Positions 1 to 7,781 of a DNA stretch of 15,504 nucleotides are shown one piece after another. Source of the DNA: Candidatus Sulfobium sp. (GTDB lineage Bacteria; Nitrospirota; Thermodesulfovibrionia; Thermodesulfovibrionales; UBA6898); NCBI GenBank assembly GCA_037380845.1, contig JARRRI010000071.1, positions 1-15,504 of the forward strand. Direction: 5' to 3'. The notes under the pieces are model-generated. The model was not told where the DNA came from. It was given only the letters and a program-made list of their open reading frames with translations, and did not search any database. Every line of letters starts with the position of its first letter. Position 1 is the stretch's first letter. The position numbers and the translations under genes were made by a program.

Positions 1-90
1 CTCTTTTAAGCAGCCCCCCTCCAGAACCGGAGAAGCAGTCATCGGTGCTTCGTGGAAAGGGAAGAGACCTCAGGGGCAGGCTTCGGGTAA

Positions 91-498
91 GACGACCCGG
101 CGGAATACGGCGAAAATGAATTCTTTCTCATACCGGTTGAGCCCCGCGTGGTCTATGCGAGCTGGGAAATTACGAAAGAATCCCTGCCCGGAAAGATAGG
201 GGGACTGAAAGTTCGTTTTTTTGAGGTGACACGGGGGGAAGACAGAAGACCGAACAGCCGATCTTTCCTGGACATATCCATATCGGAGAGGGTGGGTGAA
301 GCTTTTTTCAAAATAGGCATACATGGCAGGGAAATTATTGCCGAAATCGGCCATCTCGGGCCGGACGGCCATTTCAGGCCTCTCCTTAAGTCCCGCAAGG
401 TCCTCATACCGAGTTCGCTGACTCCGGATGAGATTGGTCCGGCGGAGAAAGAACTGCTCGAAACAGGCGGTTACGGGTCCAGGCCTCCCGAGAAGTAG
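91..498 (+). pseudogene. DUF4912-like protein, C-terminal part, apparently frameshifted near 88-99 (5' part lies upstream/outside the window)
   Basis: Frame 1 reads DDPAEYGENEFFLIPVEPRVVYASWEI, matching the DUF4912-type P-x-x-YG...P-x-[DE]P...Y-x-x-WE pattern as I recall it. It is preceded by in-frame TAA at 88-90 with no start codon before the motif. Frames 2 and 3 are open from the window start. Confidence 0.5.
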
Positions 499-635
499 AA
501 GCAGGCGTATGGTGTCTTCACCAGTGTCTCCTATTGCCTTTGAGAGTTCTCCGCGTCATTCCCCTTCTTCCCGCGCCCCGACTCTCCCGCCAGGGGCGAG
601 GGACTAAAGGAGAGTGAAATTTGCGGCGCCGACGT

Positions 636-709
636 GTCATGCCGGCTATACTCCGGACAAGTTTACGCGCCTTTGGCGGCACCGAAGGCGACCGGGGCCG
701 GCGTATGAC
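636..709. repeat. REP/REPIN-like palindromic element (GTCAT...ATGAC ends)
   Basis: GTCATGCCGGC (636-646) ... GCCGGCGTATGAC (697-709) encloses the hairpin GCCTTTGG-CGGCA-CCGAAGGC. The core 669-693 matches 8693-8717 at 21/25 nt. Confidence 0.65.
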
Positions 710-730
710 GGTATTGAAAATGATGACCTG

Positions 731-758
731 TTGACACCTACCGGATTCCCGGGACAAT
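731..758 (+). promoter_or_regulatory. Candidate sigma70 promoter for the ccsA-hem cluster
   Basis: TTGACA (731-736), 16-nt spacer, GACAAT (753-758). Confidence 0.35.
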
Positions 759-876
759 TGTGTTTTTAAATCCTGATAATGTAAAATTAAACGATATTTT
801 CCGGGAAAAATCCGTTTTATCGTGGTGCCGGGAACGCCCCTCAGGGGCATCCTGTTTTTCGAGCTCCGGTTTCGCA

Positions 877-1047
877 ATGAAGGAAGAACTCAAGAAAGAG
901 ATGCTAAAAAAAGCTGTTGACGGCAAGCTTTCCTGCGCGGCCGCCATGAAGATTGCCCAGTCCCTGGACCTGCAGTTCAGGGAAGTCGGCGAGGCGGCGA
1001 ACGAGCTCGGTATCAAGATCAAAAACTGTCAGCTCGGTTGCTTCTAA
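877..1047 (+). CDS. Small conserved hypothetical protein (56 aa, C...CQLGCF, 3 Cys)
   Basis: ATG at 877 (alternative ATG at 901). MKEELKKEMLKKAVDGKLSCAAAMKIA...ELGIKIKNCQLGCF resembles a small protein family I recall from anaerobes. Its TAA overlaps the next ATG (TAATG, 1045-1049). Confidence 0.75.
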   Translation: MKEELKKEMLKKAVDGKLSCAAAMKIAQSLDLQFREVGEAANELGIKIKNCQLGCF

Positions 1048-1859
1048 TGGAAGTGATGCTTTTTGAGATCGCCCTTACCTTCTACTTCGCCTCCGCGATC
1101 GTCTGCGTGATGGAGCTTTTCAAGGGGACAAAGACAACTTCGACCATAATGCTCGTCCTCGCGGGGGTCGGTTTTCTCTTCCATACATCCAACATTATAG
1201 CAAGATATGTCATTTCCGGACATATCCCCATAGCGAATCTGCATGAAGCGACATCCTTTTTCGCGTGGTGCATAGTGCTTATTTTCTTCTTTCTGGAGTA
1301 CCGTTACAAGCTTGGTCTGCTGGGTTCCTTTATCATGCCGGTGGTATTTGTACTGATGTTTTCTTCTTCTGTGCTGCCCCGCAAGATTGAACCGCTCAGC
1401 CCGGTGCTTCAGAGCTACTGGCTGGGCATACATACCGTGCTGGCCTTTTTGGGGGACGCGGCCTTTGCCCTCGCCTTCGGCGTCGGGATCATGTATCTCA
1501 TACAGGAGCACCACGTCAAATCCAAGCACCTGGGTGGGCTGTTCGAGAGGCTGCCCAGCCTCCAGATACTTGACGAAATAAACTACAGGCTGATTACTCT
1601 GGGCTTTCCCCTCCTTACGCTGGCGATAATCACGGGGGCCATATGGGCGGAAAACGCCTGGGGTAAATACTGGCAGTGGGATCCAAAGGAGGTCTGGTCG
1701 CTGATCACCTGGTTAATATATGCAGTTGTCCTCCACCTCAGGCTCACGGCCGGATGGAGGGGGAGACGAGCTGCGATACTGGCCATTGTTGGTTTTGTAG
1801 TCGTGCTGTTCACCTTCTTCGGCGTCAACTTCATTCTTAAGAGTATGCATACGTTCTGA
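1047..1859 (+). CDS. ccsA: Cytochrome c assembly protein, CcsA/ResC family (HemX-like position)
   Basis: Multiple TM segments, WWD motif WAENAWGKYWQWDPKEVWS, conserved His (GIHT, VLHL). Start taken at ATG 1047 because of the TAATG coupling. Confidence 0.9.
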   Translation: MEVMLFEIALTFYFASAIVCVMELFKGTKTTSTIMLVLAGVGFLFHTSNIIARYVISGHIPIANLHEATSFFAWCIVLIFFFLEYRYKLGLLGSFIMPVVFVLMFSSSVLPRKIEPLSPVLQSYWLGIHTVLAFLGDAAFALAFGVGIMYLIQEHHVKSKHLGGLFERLPSLQILDEINYRLITLGFPLLTLAIITGAIWAENAWGKYWQWDPKEVWSLITWLIYAVVLHLRLTAGWRGRRAAILAIVGFVVVLFTFFGVNFILKSMHTF

Positions 1860-3124
1860 TGAAAGTTCTTGTCATAGGATTAAACCACAAGACAGCCAGC
1901 GTAGATATAAGGGAGAGGCTGGCCTTTAACGGCCCTAAACTGGAGCAGGGGGTCTTCGGCCTGCACAAGCTGGCCGGTGTGAGAGAAGTCGCGGTGCTCT
2001 CCACATGCAACAGGGTGGAAATCTATTCGTGCGTGAACAACAAGGGGGCTTCAAGCAGCATTATGGATTTTCTTGCCGAACTCCACGGAACGAAGAGGGC
2101 GGATTTTGAAAAATCCCTTTATGTCCTGACTGATTACGACGCGGTGAGGCATGTCTTCAGGGTCTCTTCAAGCCTCGATTCGATGGTGCTTGGAGAACCG
2201 CAGATTCTCGGTCAGATCAAGGACGCCTTTGAGTTCGCCCTCGAAAAGAAAACGACCGGCGTTCTCCTGAACAAACTGATGAAAAAGGCTATTTCCACCG
2301 CGAAGAGGGTAAGGACGGAGACCCGGATTGCAGAGAACGCCGTATCCATAAGCTTCGCCGCGGTCGAGCTCGCCAGGAAGATATTTACGGAACTGGCAGG
2401 CAAATCCTTCATGCTCCTCGGTGCCGGGGAGATGGCCGAACTCGCCGCCCGTCATCTGGTAAACAACGGGGTAAAAGACGTGATGGTGGTTAACCGGACG
2501 TATGAGAGAGGGTGCGAACTTGCACAGGAATTCGACGGCAAACCGGTCCGTTTTGAAAATTTCCTGCAGGAGCTCGTGCATGCCGATATCATCATCTGTT
2601 CTACGGGGGCCCCTTCATATGTGCTGCATAAGGACCAGATGCAGAAGGTTATGAAGGAGCGGAAACACCGGCCGGTCTTCATCATTGACATTTCGGTGCC
2701 CAGGAACATAGATCCCGAGATAAACAAGATTGACGACGTCTATCTCTACGATGTAGACGACCTTCAGGAGGTGGTCGACGCCAATATCCATGGAAGGGAA
2801 AAAGAGGCAGAGAGGGCAGAAAAGATCATAGACGAAGAAGTTCAGAAATTCGGCAAATGGATTTCTTCTCTGGATTCGGTGCCCACCATAGTCGCCCTGA
2901 GGCAGAAAGCCGAAGAAATAAAGAGGGAAGAGGTGGAGAAGTTCAGGAACAAATACCCCGGCCTGAACGCGGAACAGGCCAGGGCAGTGGAATATCTGGC
3001 AACTGCGGTGGTCAACAAACTCATTCATCCGCCCACCGTCGCCCTGAAGGAAGACACGGAAGACAGAGACGAATTGATCGCCACCATAAAGAAACTGTAC
3101 GGGATAAACGGCGATGAGGACTAA
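1859..3124 (+). CDS. hemA: Glutamyl-tRNA reductase
   Basis: GLNHKTA, STCNRVE (catalytic Cys), SLDSMVLGEPQILGQ, GAGEMA, DISVPRNI. TGATG overlap with ccsA. Confidence 0.98.
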   Translation: MKVLVIGLNHKTASVDIRERLAFNGPKLEQGVFGLHKLAGVREVAVLSTCNRVEIYSCVNNKGASSSIMDFLAELHGTKRADFEKSLYVLTDYDAVRHVFRVSSSLDSMVLGEPQILGQIKDAFEFALEKKTTGVLLNKLMKKAISTAKRVRTETRIAENAVSISFAAVELARKIFTELAGKSFMLLGAGEMAELAARHLVNNGVKDVMVVNRTYERGCELAQEFDGKPVRFENFLQELVHADIIICSTGAPSYVLHKDQMQKVMKERKHRPVFIIDISVPRNIDPEINKIDDVYLYDVDDLQEVVDANIHGREKEAERAEKIIDEEVQKFGKWISSLDSVPTIVALRQKAEEIKREEVEKFRNKYPGLNAEQARAVEYLATAVVNKLIHPPTVALKEDTEDRDELIATIKKLYGINGDED

Positions 3125-3159
3125 AGTAAAGCGTAAAACAGCCCGGAGGCAACAGTCAT

Positions 3160-4143
3160 ATGAAAAATAAAGTAGTAATAGGTACTCGCGGCAGCAAACT
3201 CGCACTGTGGCAGGCCGAGTGGATCAAGTCCGAGATTCAAAGGGTTAACCCCGGACTGGCCGTGGAGCTGAACAAGATTAAAACGACCGGGGACAAGATA
3301 CTCGATGTTCCTCTCGCGAAAGTCGGCGGCAAAGGGCTTTTCGTAAAAGAGATAGAAGAGGCCTTGCTGAGCGGGAAAGCCGACCTGGCTGTCCACAGTA
3401 TGAAAGACGTGCCGACCGATTTTCCTGCGGGGCTCCATCTCGCGGTCATCTGCGAGAGAGAGGACCCCAGGGATGCCTTTATTTCCGGGGTTCGAGGCTC
3501 AGAATTCAAAATTCCGGATTTCAATAACCTTCCCGACGGAGCTACGGTGGGTACCAGCAGTTTGAGACGGTCATGCCAACTCCTGCATATTAGGCCGGAC
3601 CTCAAGATAGAACAACTGCGGGGCAATCTGGATACGCGGCTCCGGAAGCTCGAGGAGGGCCAGTTCGATGCCATCATCCTCGCGGCAGCGGGTGTAAAAA
3701 GGCTCGGATGGTCGAAAAGGATTACAGAAATCCTTCCCCCTGAAACAAGTCTTCCGGCCATAGGGCAGGGGGCCATCGGCATTGAATGCAGGAAAGAAGA
3801 TGCCTTCATTAATGAACTTATAGCGCCGCTGAACCATAAGGAGACATCGGTATGCGTGAGGGCGGAGAGAGCCTGCCTGAAGAAACTCGAAGGCGGCTGC
3901 CAGGTGCCGATCGCGGCGCACGCCAGGCTAACCGCCGGTAAGGGAAACGAAAGATTATTGGTAATTGACGGTCTGGTAGGGAGCGTGTCGGGGGACAGGC
4001 TCATAAAGAGTCACGTGGAAGGGAAACCGGAAGACGCCGGGAGCCTTGGCACGAGGCTCGGGGAAAACCTGCTGGCGAAGGGGGCCGACAAAATACTGGC
4101 CGAAGTCTACAACAGGGAGTTCAACAGGGTCGACCTGCCCTAG
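3160..4143 (+). CDS. hemC: Hydroxymethylbilane synthase (porphobilinogen deaminase)
   Basis: GTRGSKLALWQ, GGKGLFVKEIE, AVHSMKDVP, GTSSLRR, LRGNLDTRL, GGCQVPI. SD GGAGG upstream. Confidence 0.98.
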   Translation: MKNKVVIGTRGSKLALWQAEWIKSEIQRVNPGLAVELNKIKTTGDKILDVPLAKVGGKGLFVKEIEEALLSGKADLAVHSMKDVPTDFPAGLHLAVICEREDPRDAFISGVRGSEFKIPDFNNLPDGATVGTSSLRRSCQLLHIRPDLKIEQLRGNLDTRLRKLEEGQFDAIILAAAGVKRLGWSKRITEILPPETSLPAIGQGAIGIECRKEDAFINELIAPLNHKETSVCVRAERACLKKLEGGCQVPIAAHARLTAGKGNERLLVIDGLVGSVSGDRLIKSHVEGKPEDAGSLGTRLGENLLAKGADKILAEVYNREFNRVDLP

Positions 4144-4192
4144 CAGATATTCCAACTATATAAACCATTAAGAATTGTAAAGACGGTATTGG

Positions 4193-4801
4193 CTACAGTC
4201 CCGGCTGCCCCTTTTCGATCGCTTCCAGCTTTTCCTTCTTCTCCTGGCAGTTCCTGCAGAGCGTCGCAGTGGGCAGGACATTCAGCCTCTTTTCCCCGAT
4301 TTCTTCACCGCAGTCCTCGCAAGTGCCGTAACTGCCGTCGTCTATCTTGCGCAGGGTTTCATCGATATCGAGCAGGTTTTGTCTGTGGGACGCAAGTCTC
4401 ATGAGGTTGACATCCTCCGAGATGTCGACGACGGCAAGGTCCCCTTCGTCCAGGGCGGTTTCGACGAGCTGACGGTTTTCGCCGCTTATATATTTTGCGA
4501 TTTCTTCCTTGGCTTCCCTGATTATGGACTCTCTCTTCTTCAGTAAAGACCGTCTCAGTTCCTGCAACCGGTCGGTTTTTGCGGTTTCTTTTCCTTTCGC
4601 AGTCTTGCGAGCGGCGGCCTTCTTTCCGGCGGGACCGGCTTTAGCGCGAACTTTCTTATTTCCTGTTGTGGTCACGTTTCTGCCTCTGGAGGTAACTTTA
4701 TCACGTGAGACTGCCTTTGGACTCTTCCCGGCGGTTTTCTTCGCCGAACCCGGAGTCCCGGTCTTCCTGCCCGCAGTTTTTTCCTTTTTTACGGCCGCCA
4801 T
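4193..4801 (-). CDS. dksA: DksA/TraR family C4 zinc-finger transcription factor with a Lys/Ala-rich N-terminal extension
   Basis: Coiled-coil tip DEGDLA (DxxDxA), GSYGTCEDCGEEIGEKRL..P...LCRNCQ. Confidence 0.85.
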   Translation of the reverse strand: MAAVKKEKTAGRKTGTPGSAKKTAGKSPKAVSRDKVTSRGRNVTTTGNKKVRAKAGPAGKKAAARKTAKGKETAKTDRLQELRRSLLKKRESIIREAKEEIAKYISGENRQLVETALDEGDLAVVDISEDVNLMRLASHRQNLLDIDETLRKIDDGSYGTCEDCGEEIGEKRLNVLPTATLCRNCQEKKEKLEAIEKGQPGL

Positions 4802-4941
4802 TATTTTTCCGGTTCTTCTTTTTTGATCTCTTCCTTGAAGACCTCAATGATACTTCTCACCTTTATGCCGGCCTGCTGCAGCGCCTTCTGGACATCAGGG
4901 AGTTTTGCGTCCTCTACCTTGACCATGAAATTGCTGTTCAC
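4801..4941 (-). CDS. Unannotated small protein, 46 aa (MNSNFMVKVEDAKLPDVQKALQQAGIKVRSIIEVFKEEIKKEEPEK)
   Basis: GTG directly after the frr TAA, SD GGAGG 5 nt upstream (inside the frr 3' end), stop overlaps the dksA ATG (TAATG). It fills the gap exactly and has protein-like composition. Absent from the ORF track. Confidence 0.8.
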   Translation of the reverse strand: MNSNFMVKVEDAKLPDVQKALQQAGIKVRSIIEVFKEEIKKEEPEK

Positions 4942-5499
4942 TTACACCTCCATGATTTCTTTTTCCTTGTGTTCCAGGATCTCATCAGCCTTCTTCACAA
5001 AGGAATCCGTGATTTTTTGTATCTCTTCCTGCTCCCTCTTTACGTCGTCTTCGCTCAAGTGCTCGTCCTTCTCCATTTTCTTGAGCTCATCGTTTGCATC
5101 CCTTCTTATATTACGAACCGCCACCTTGGCCTCTTCGGTTCTCTTCCTTACCACCTTGACGAGCTGTTTTCTTCTTTCCTCGGTCAGGTCGGGTATATTG
5201 ATCCTTATGATTTTGCCATCATTCATGGGGGTGAGCCCGAGATCAGACTTCATGATGGCCTTTTCGATGTCGGGGATTATACGCTGTTCCCAGGGCTGTA
5301 TGGCAATCTGCCTGCTTTCCGGGATGCTGAGACTGGCAAGCTGCTGAAGGGGCGTGATCGTTCCGTAATAATTTACCGAGATCCCTTCGAGAAGTGACAG
5401 GCTGGCCCTTCCCGTCCTGATAGAACCGAACTCCTTCTTCAGCGCCTCTATGGCCCCGTTCATCCTTTCACTTGTTCTTTTTCTTAGCTCCGGCTCCAT
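4942..5499 (-). CDS. frr: Ribosome recycling factor
   Basis: IRTGRA, P.NDG.IIR...[21 protein letters not shown]; 185 aa; follows pyrH. Confidence 0.98.
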   Translation of the reverse strand: MEPELRKRTSERMNGAIEALKKEFGSIRTGRASLSLLEGISVNYYGTITPLQQLASLSIPESRQIAIQPWEQRIIPDIEKAIMKSDLGLTPMNDGKIIRINIPDLTEERRKQLVKVVRKRTEEAKVAVRNIRRDANDELKKMEKDEHLSEDDVKREQEEIQKITDSFVKKADEILEHKEKEIMEV

Positions 5500-6214
5500 T
5501 TTCCCCCCTGACGATCGTACCTATGTTTTTTCCCTCTATTACTTTCCGTATATTTCCTTTCCCTTTTAAATTAAATACCACAATAGGCAGGTCATTGTCC
5601 ATACATAAAGACACGGCGGTGGAATCCATGACCCGGAGGCCCTTCTTCAATACTTCCAGATAAGTGAGTTGTTTGTATTTCTTCGCCTCTGGGTCTTTAA
5701 CCGGGTCCGATGAATATACACCATCTACCTTCGTCCCCTTCAGAATAACATCCGCGCCTATCTCCATCGCCCTCAGTGCCGCTGCAGTGTCCGTTGTAAA
5801 ATAGGGGTTGCCCGTCCCTGCCGCGAAAATGACGATCCTCCCCTTCTCCAGATGTCTCACAGCCCTGCGCCGTATGTAAGGCTCGGCGAGCTCCCTCATC
5901 TCTATTGCGGACTGTACCCTGGTCGGAAGCCCATATTTTTCCAGGGCATTCTGCAATGCGAGTGAGTTGATGACCGTGGCGAGCATCCCCATATAGTCAG
6001 CGGAAGCCCTTTCCATTCCTTCGAGGCTTGCCTGCACTCCCCGGAAAATATTTCCTCCTCCTATGACCATCGAGAGATGAACCCCCATGGAGGCGACATC
6101 TTTTATCTCTCTCGCCAGAAAATCCACGGTGCCGGCGTCGATGCCGTACCCCTTGTCGCCCATAAGGGCCTCCCCGCTGAGCTTCAAAAGGACTCTTTTA
6201 TAGCGCAAGGGCAT
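5468..6214 (-). CDS. pyrH: UMP kinase
   Basis: [43 protein letters not shown]. Confidence 0.98.
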   Translation of the reverse strand: MPLRYKRVLLKLSGEALMGDKGYGIDAGTVDFLAREIKDVASMGVHLSMVIGGGNIFRGVQASLEGMERASADYMGMLATVINSLALQNALEKYGLPTRVQSAIEMRELAEPYIRRRAVRHLEKGRIVIFAAGTGNPYFTTDTAAALRAMEIGADVILKGTKVDGVYSSDPVKDPEAKKYKQLTYLEVLKKGLRVMDSTAVSLCMDNDLPIVVFNLKGKGNIRKVIEGKNIGTIVRGENGAGAKKKNK

Positions 6215-6222
6215 TATTTATC

Positions 6223-6843
6223 CTAGCAACTCACGGGTTGAGAAGGCTGGGTCTCGCCCAGCTGGTAGCGGACAAATCTTCTGACCACGATATTCTCCCC
6301 GAGCTTGGCCACCTTTTCAGTGATAAGGTCTCCTATTTTCTTTTTCTGATCAGGGTCCTTGACGAAGAGCTGATCCAGTAGACAGGTCTCGCCGAAAAAC
6401 TTTTCAAGTTTTCCCTCTATGATCTTCTCGACTACCTGGGGAGGCTTGTTTGTTACCTGTCCCCGGTAAATCTCTTTTTCTCTTTCAATTATGTCCCCGG
6501 GCACTTCTTCCCTCACAACATAGGCAGGCGAGGCAGCCGCAATATGCATGGCGATATCCTTGACAAGTTCCCTGAAATCGTCCGTCCTCGCCACAAAATC
6601 GGTCTCGCAGTTGACTTCCACCATCACCCCGATCTTGTCCATGTGGATATAGCATCCCACCGCCCCCTCGGATGCCGAACGCCCGGCCTTCTTGGCGGCA
6701 CTGGCAAGCCCTTTCTGCCTCAGGACGTCAACAGCCTTTTCGAAGTCGCCGTTGCTCTCCACAAGGGCCTTCTTGCACTCCATCATGCCGGCGCCGGTCT
6801 TTTCCCGGAGGTCTTTAACCATCTCAGCAGAAATCGCCGCCAT
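6223..6843 (-). CDS. tsf: Elongation factor Ts (short, about 200-aa type)
   Basis: [43 protein letters not shown] overlap with rpsB. Confidence 0.98.
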   Translation of the reverse strand: MAAISAEMVKDLREKTGAGMMECKKALVESNGDFEKAVDVLRQKGLASAAKKAGRSASEGAVGCYIHMDKIGVMVEVNCETDFVARTDDFRELVKDIAMHIAAASPAYVVREEVPGDIIEREKEIYRGQVTNKPPQVVEKIIEGKLEKFFGETCLLDQLFVKDPDQKKKIGDLITEKVAKLGENIVVRRFVRYQLGETQPSQPVSC

Positions 6844-7619
6844 TATTCGTTCACCTCCTGCGTCTCGGTCGCCGCCTCTTCCGCCTCGACTTTCTCTTCT
6901 ATCTGCGCCTTTTCAGCCTCTTTTTCGGCCTCCTTGGCAAGAAAGTCGCTGCCTTCAATGACAGCACTGGCCATTTTCCCGGTCAGAAGCTTTATGGCAC
7001 GTATGGCGTCGTCGTTGCCAGGTACTACATAATCCACTTCATCGGGGTCACAGTTGGTGTCGACGACAGCAACTATCGGTATCGATAATTTCCTTGCCTC
7101 CGCAATCGCTATCCTCTCTTTTTTCGGGTCGATTACGAATATCACACCGGGCAACTCCTTCATATCCTTGATGCCGGAGAGGTTCTTTTCAAGTTTTACC
7201 CTTTCCTTTTCGAGGCCGGACGCCTCCTTCTTCGGAAGAAGGGCCATCGTCCCATCTTCTTTCATGGCCTCTATTTTCTTCAGCCTCTCTATGCTCTTCT
7301 TTACCGTAAGAAAGTTGGTAAGCATTCCGCCGAGCCAACGCTGGTTAACGTAAAAGGCGGAAGCCCTCTGGGATTCCTCCACAATCGCGTCCTGGGCCTG
7401 CTTCTTGGTACCGACAAAGAGCACCCCCGCGCCGGAAGCCGCCATAGTCCTTACGAAATTATAGGCTTCCTCAAGCCCCTTCAGTGTCTTCTGAAGGTCG
7501 ATGATATAGATGCCGTTCCTCTCCCCGAAGATGTATCTTTTCATCTTGGGGTTCCAGCGTTTTACCTGATGGCCGAAATGTACACCTGCCTCAAGCAGTT
7601 CTTTCATTGTAGCTACCAT
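6843..7619 (-). CDS. rpsB: 30S ribosomal protein S2
   Basis: [42 protein letters not shown]. True start is ATG 7619 with SD GGAGG; the longer ORF-track extension is non-coding. Confidence 0.98.
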   Translation of the reverse strand: MVATMKELLEAGVHFGHQVKRWNPKMKRYIFGERNGIYIIDLQKTLKGLEEAYNFVRTMAASGAGVLFVGTKKQAQDAIVEESQRASAFYVNQRWLGGMLTNFLTVKKSIERLKKIEAMKEDGTMALLPKKEASGLEKERVKLEKNLSGIKDMKELPGVIFVIDPKKERIAIAEARKLSIPIVAVVDTNCDPDEVDYVVPGNDDAIRAIKLLTGKMASAVIEGSDFLAKEAEKEAEKAQIEEKVEAEEAATETQEVNE

Positions 7620-7625
7620 GATGCT

Positions 7626-7728
7626 TTCCTCCGTTGGTTTTTTCCTCCGCCTGTTCTGCCACCCCCGGTTAAGGGACCAAAGGCAGAACTGTAGCCGGCG
7701 TGTGAATTTGGACCCGTAAAGACAGGTC
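7626..7728 (-). ncRNA. rpsB 5' leader, S2 autoregulatory / t44-like RNA
   Basis: On the minus strand: hairpin GACCUGU-CUUU-ACGGGUC, then CACACGCC...GGCGGAGG enclosing the stem GUUCUGCC/GGCAGAAC. CACAC and GGAGG elements upstream of rpsB are t44 (RF00127) hallmarks as I recall them. Confidence 0.7.
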
Positions 7729-7733
7729 GCATA

Positions 7734-7739
7734 AGTATA
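7734..7739 (-). promoter_or_regulatory. -10 box of the rpsB operon promoter
   Basis: TATACT on the minus strand just upstream of the structured leader; -35 is poor. Confidence 0.5.
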
Positions 7740-7781
7740 AAAGACTATCACATAAGGTATTTTTTTTGCCCCGGCAAGAAC

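Noticed and set aside
760..876. Longer 95-aa version of the CQLGCF protein
   Set aside because: The extension runs through an AT-rich promoter/hairpin region and is not protein-like; ATG 877 or 901 is more plausible.
4942..4944. Stop-codon readthrough giving an RRF-small ORF fusion
   Set aside because: The stop is TAA, RRF ends at its normal length, and the downstream ORF has its own SD and start, so separate initiation is more parsimonious.
4509..5397. Plus-strand ORFs of 105-230 aa opposite dksA/frr, and similar antisense ORFs opposite hemA, hemC, yidC, mnmE and ppaC
   Set aside because: These are shadow ORFs of well-conserved genes, with no recognisable motifs.
6223..6843. Short EF-Ts as a truncation
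   Set aside because: EF-Ts of about 200 aa is an established natural form in several phyla, and both termini are intact.
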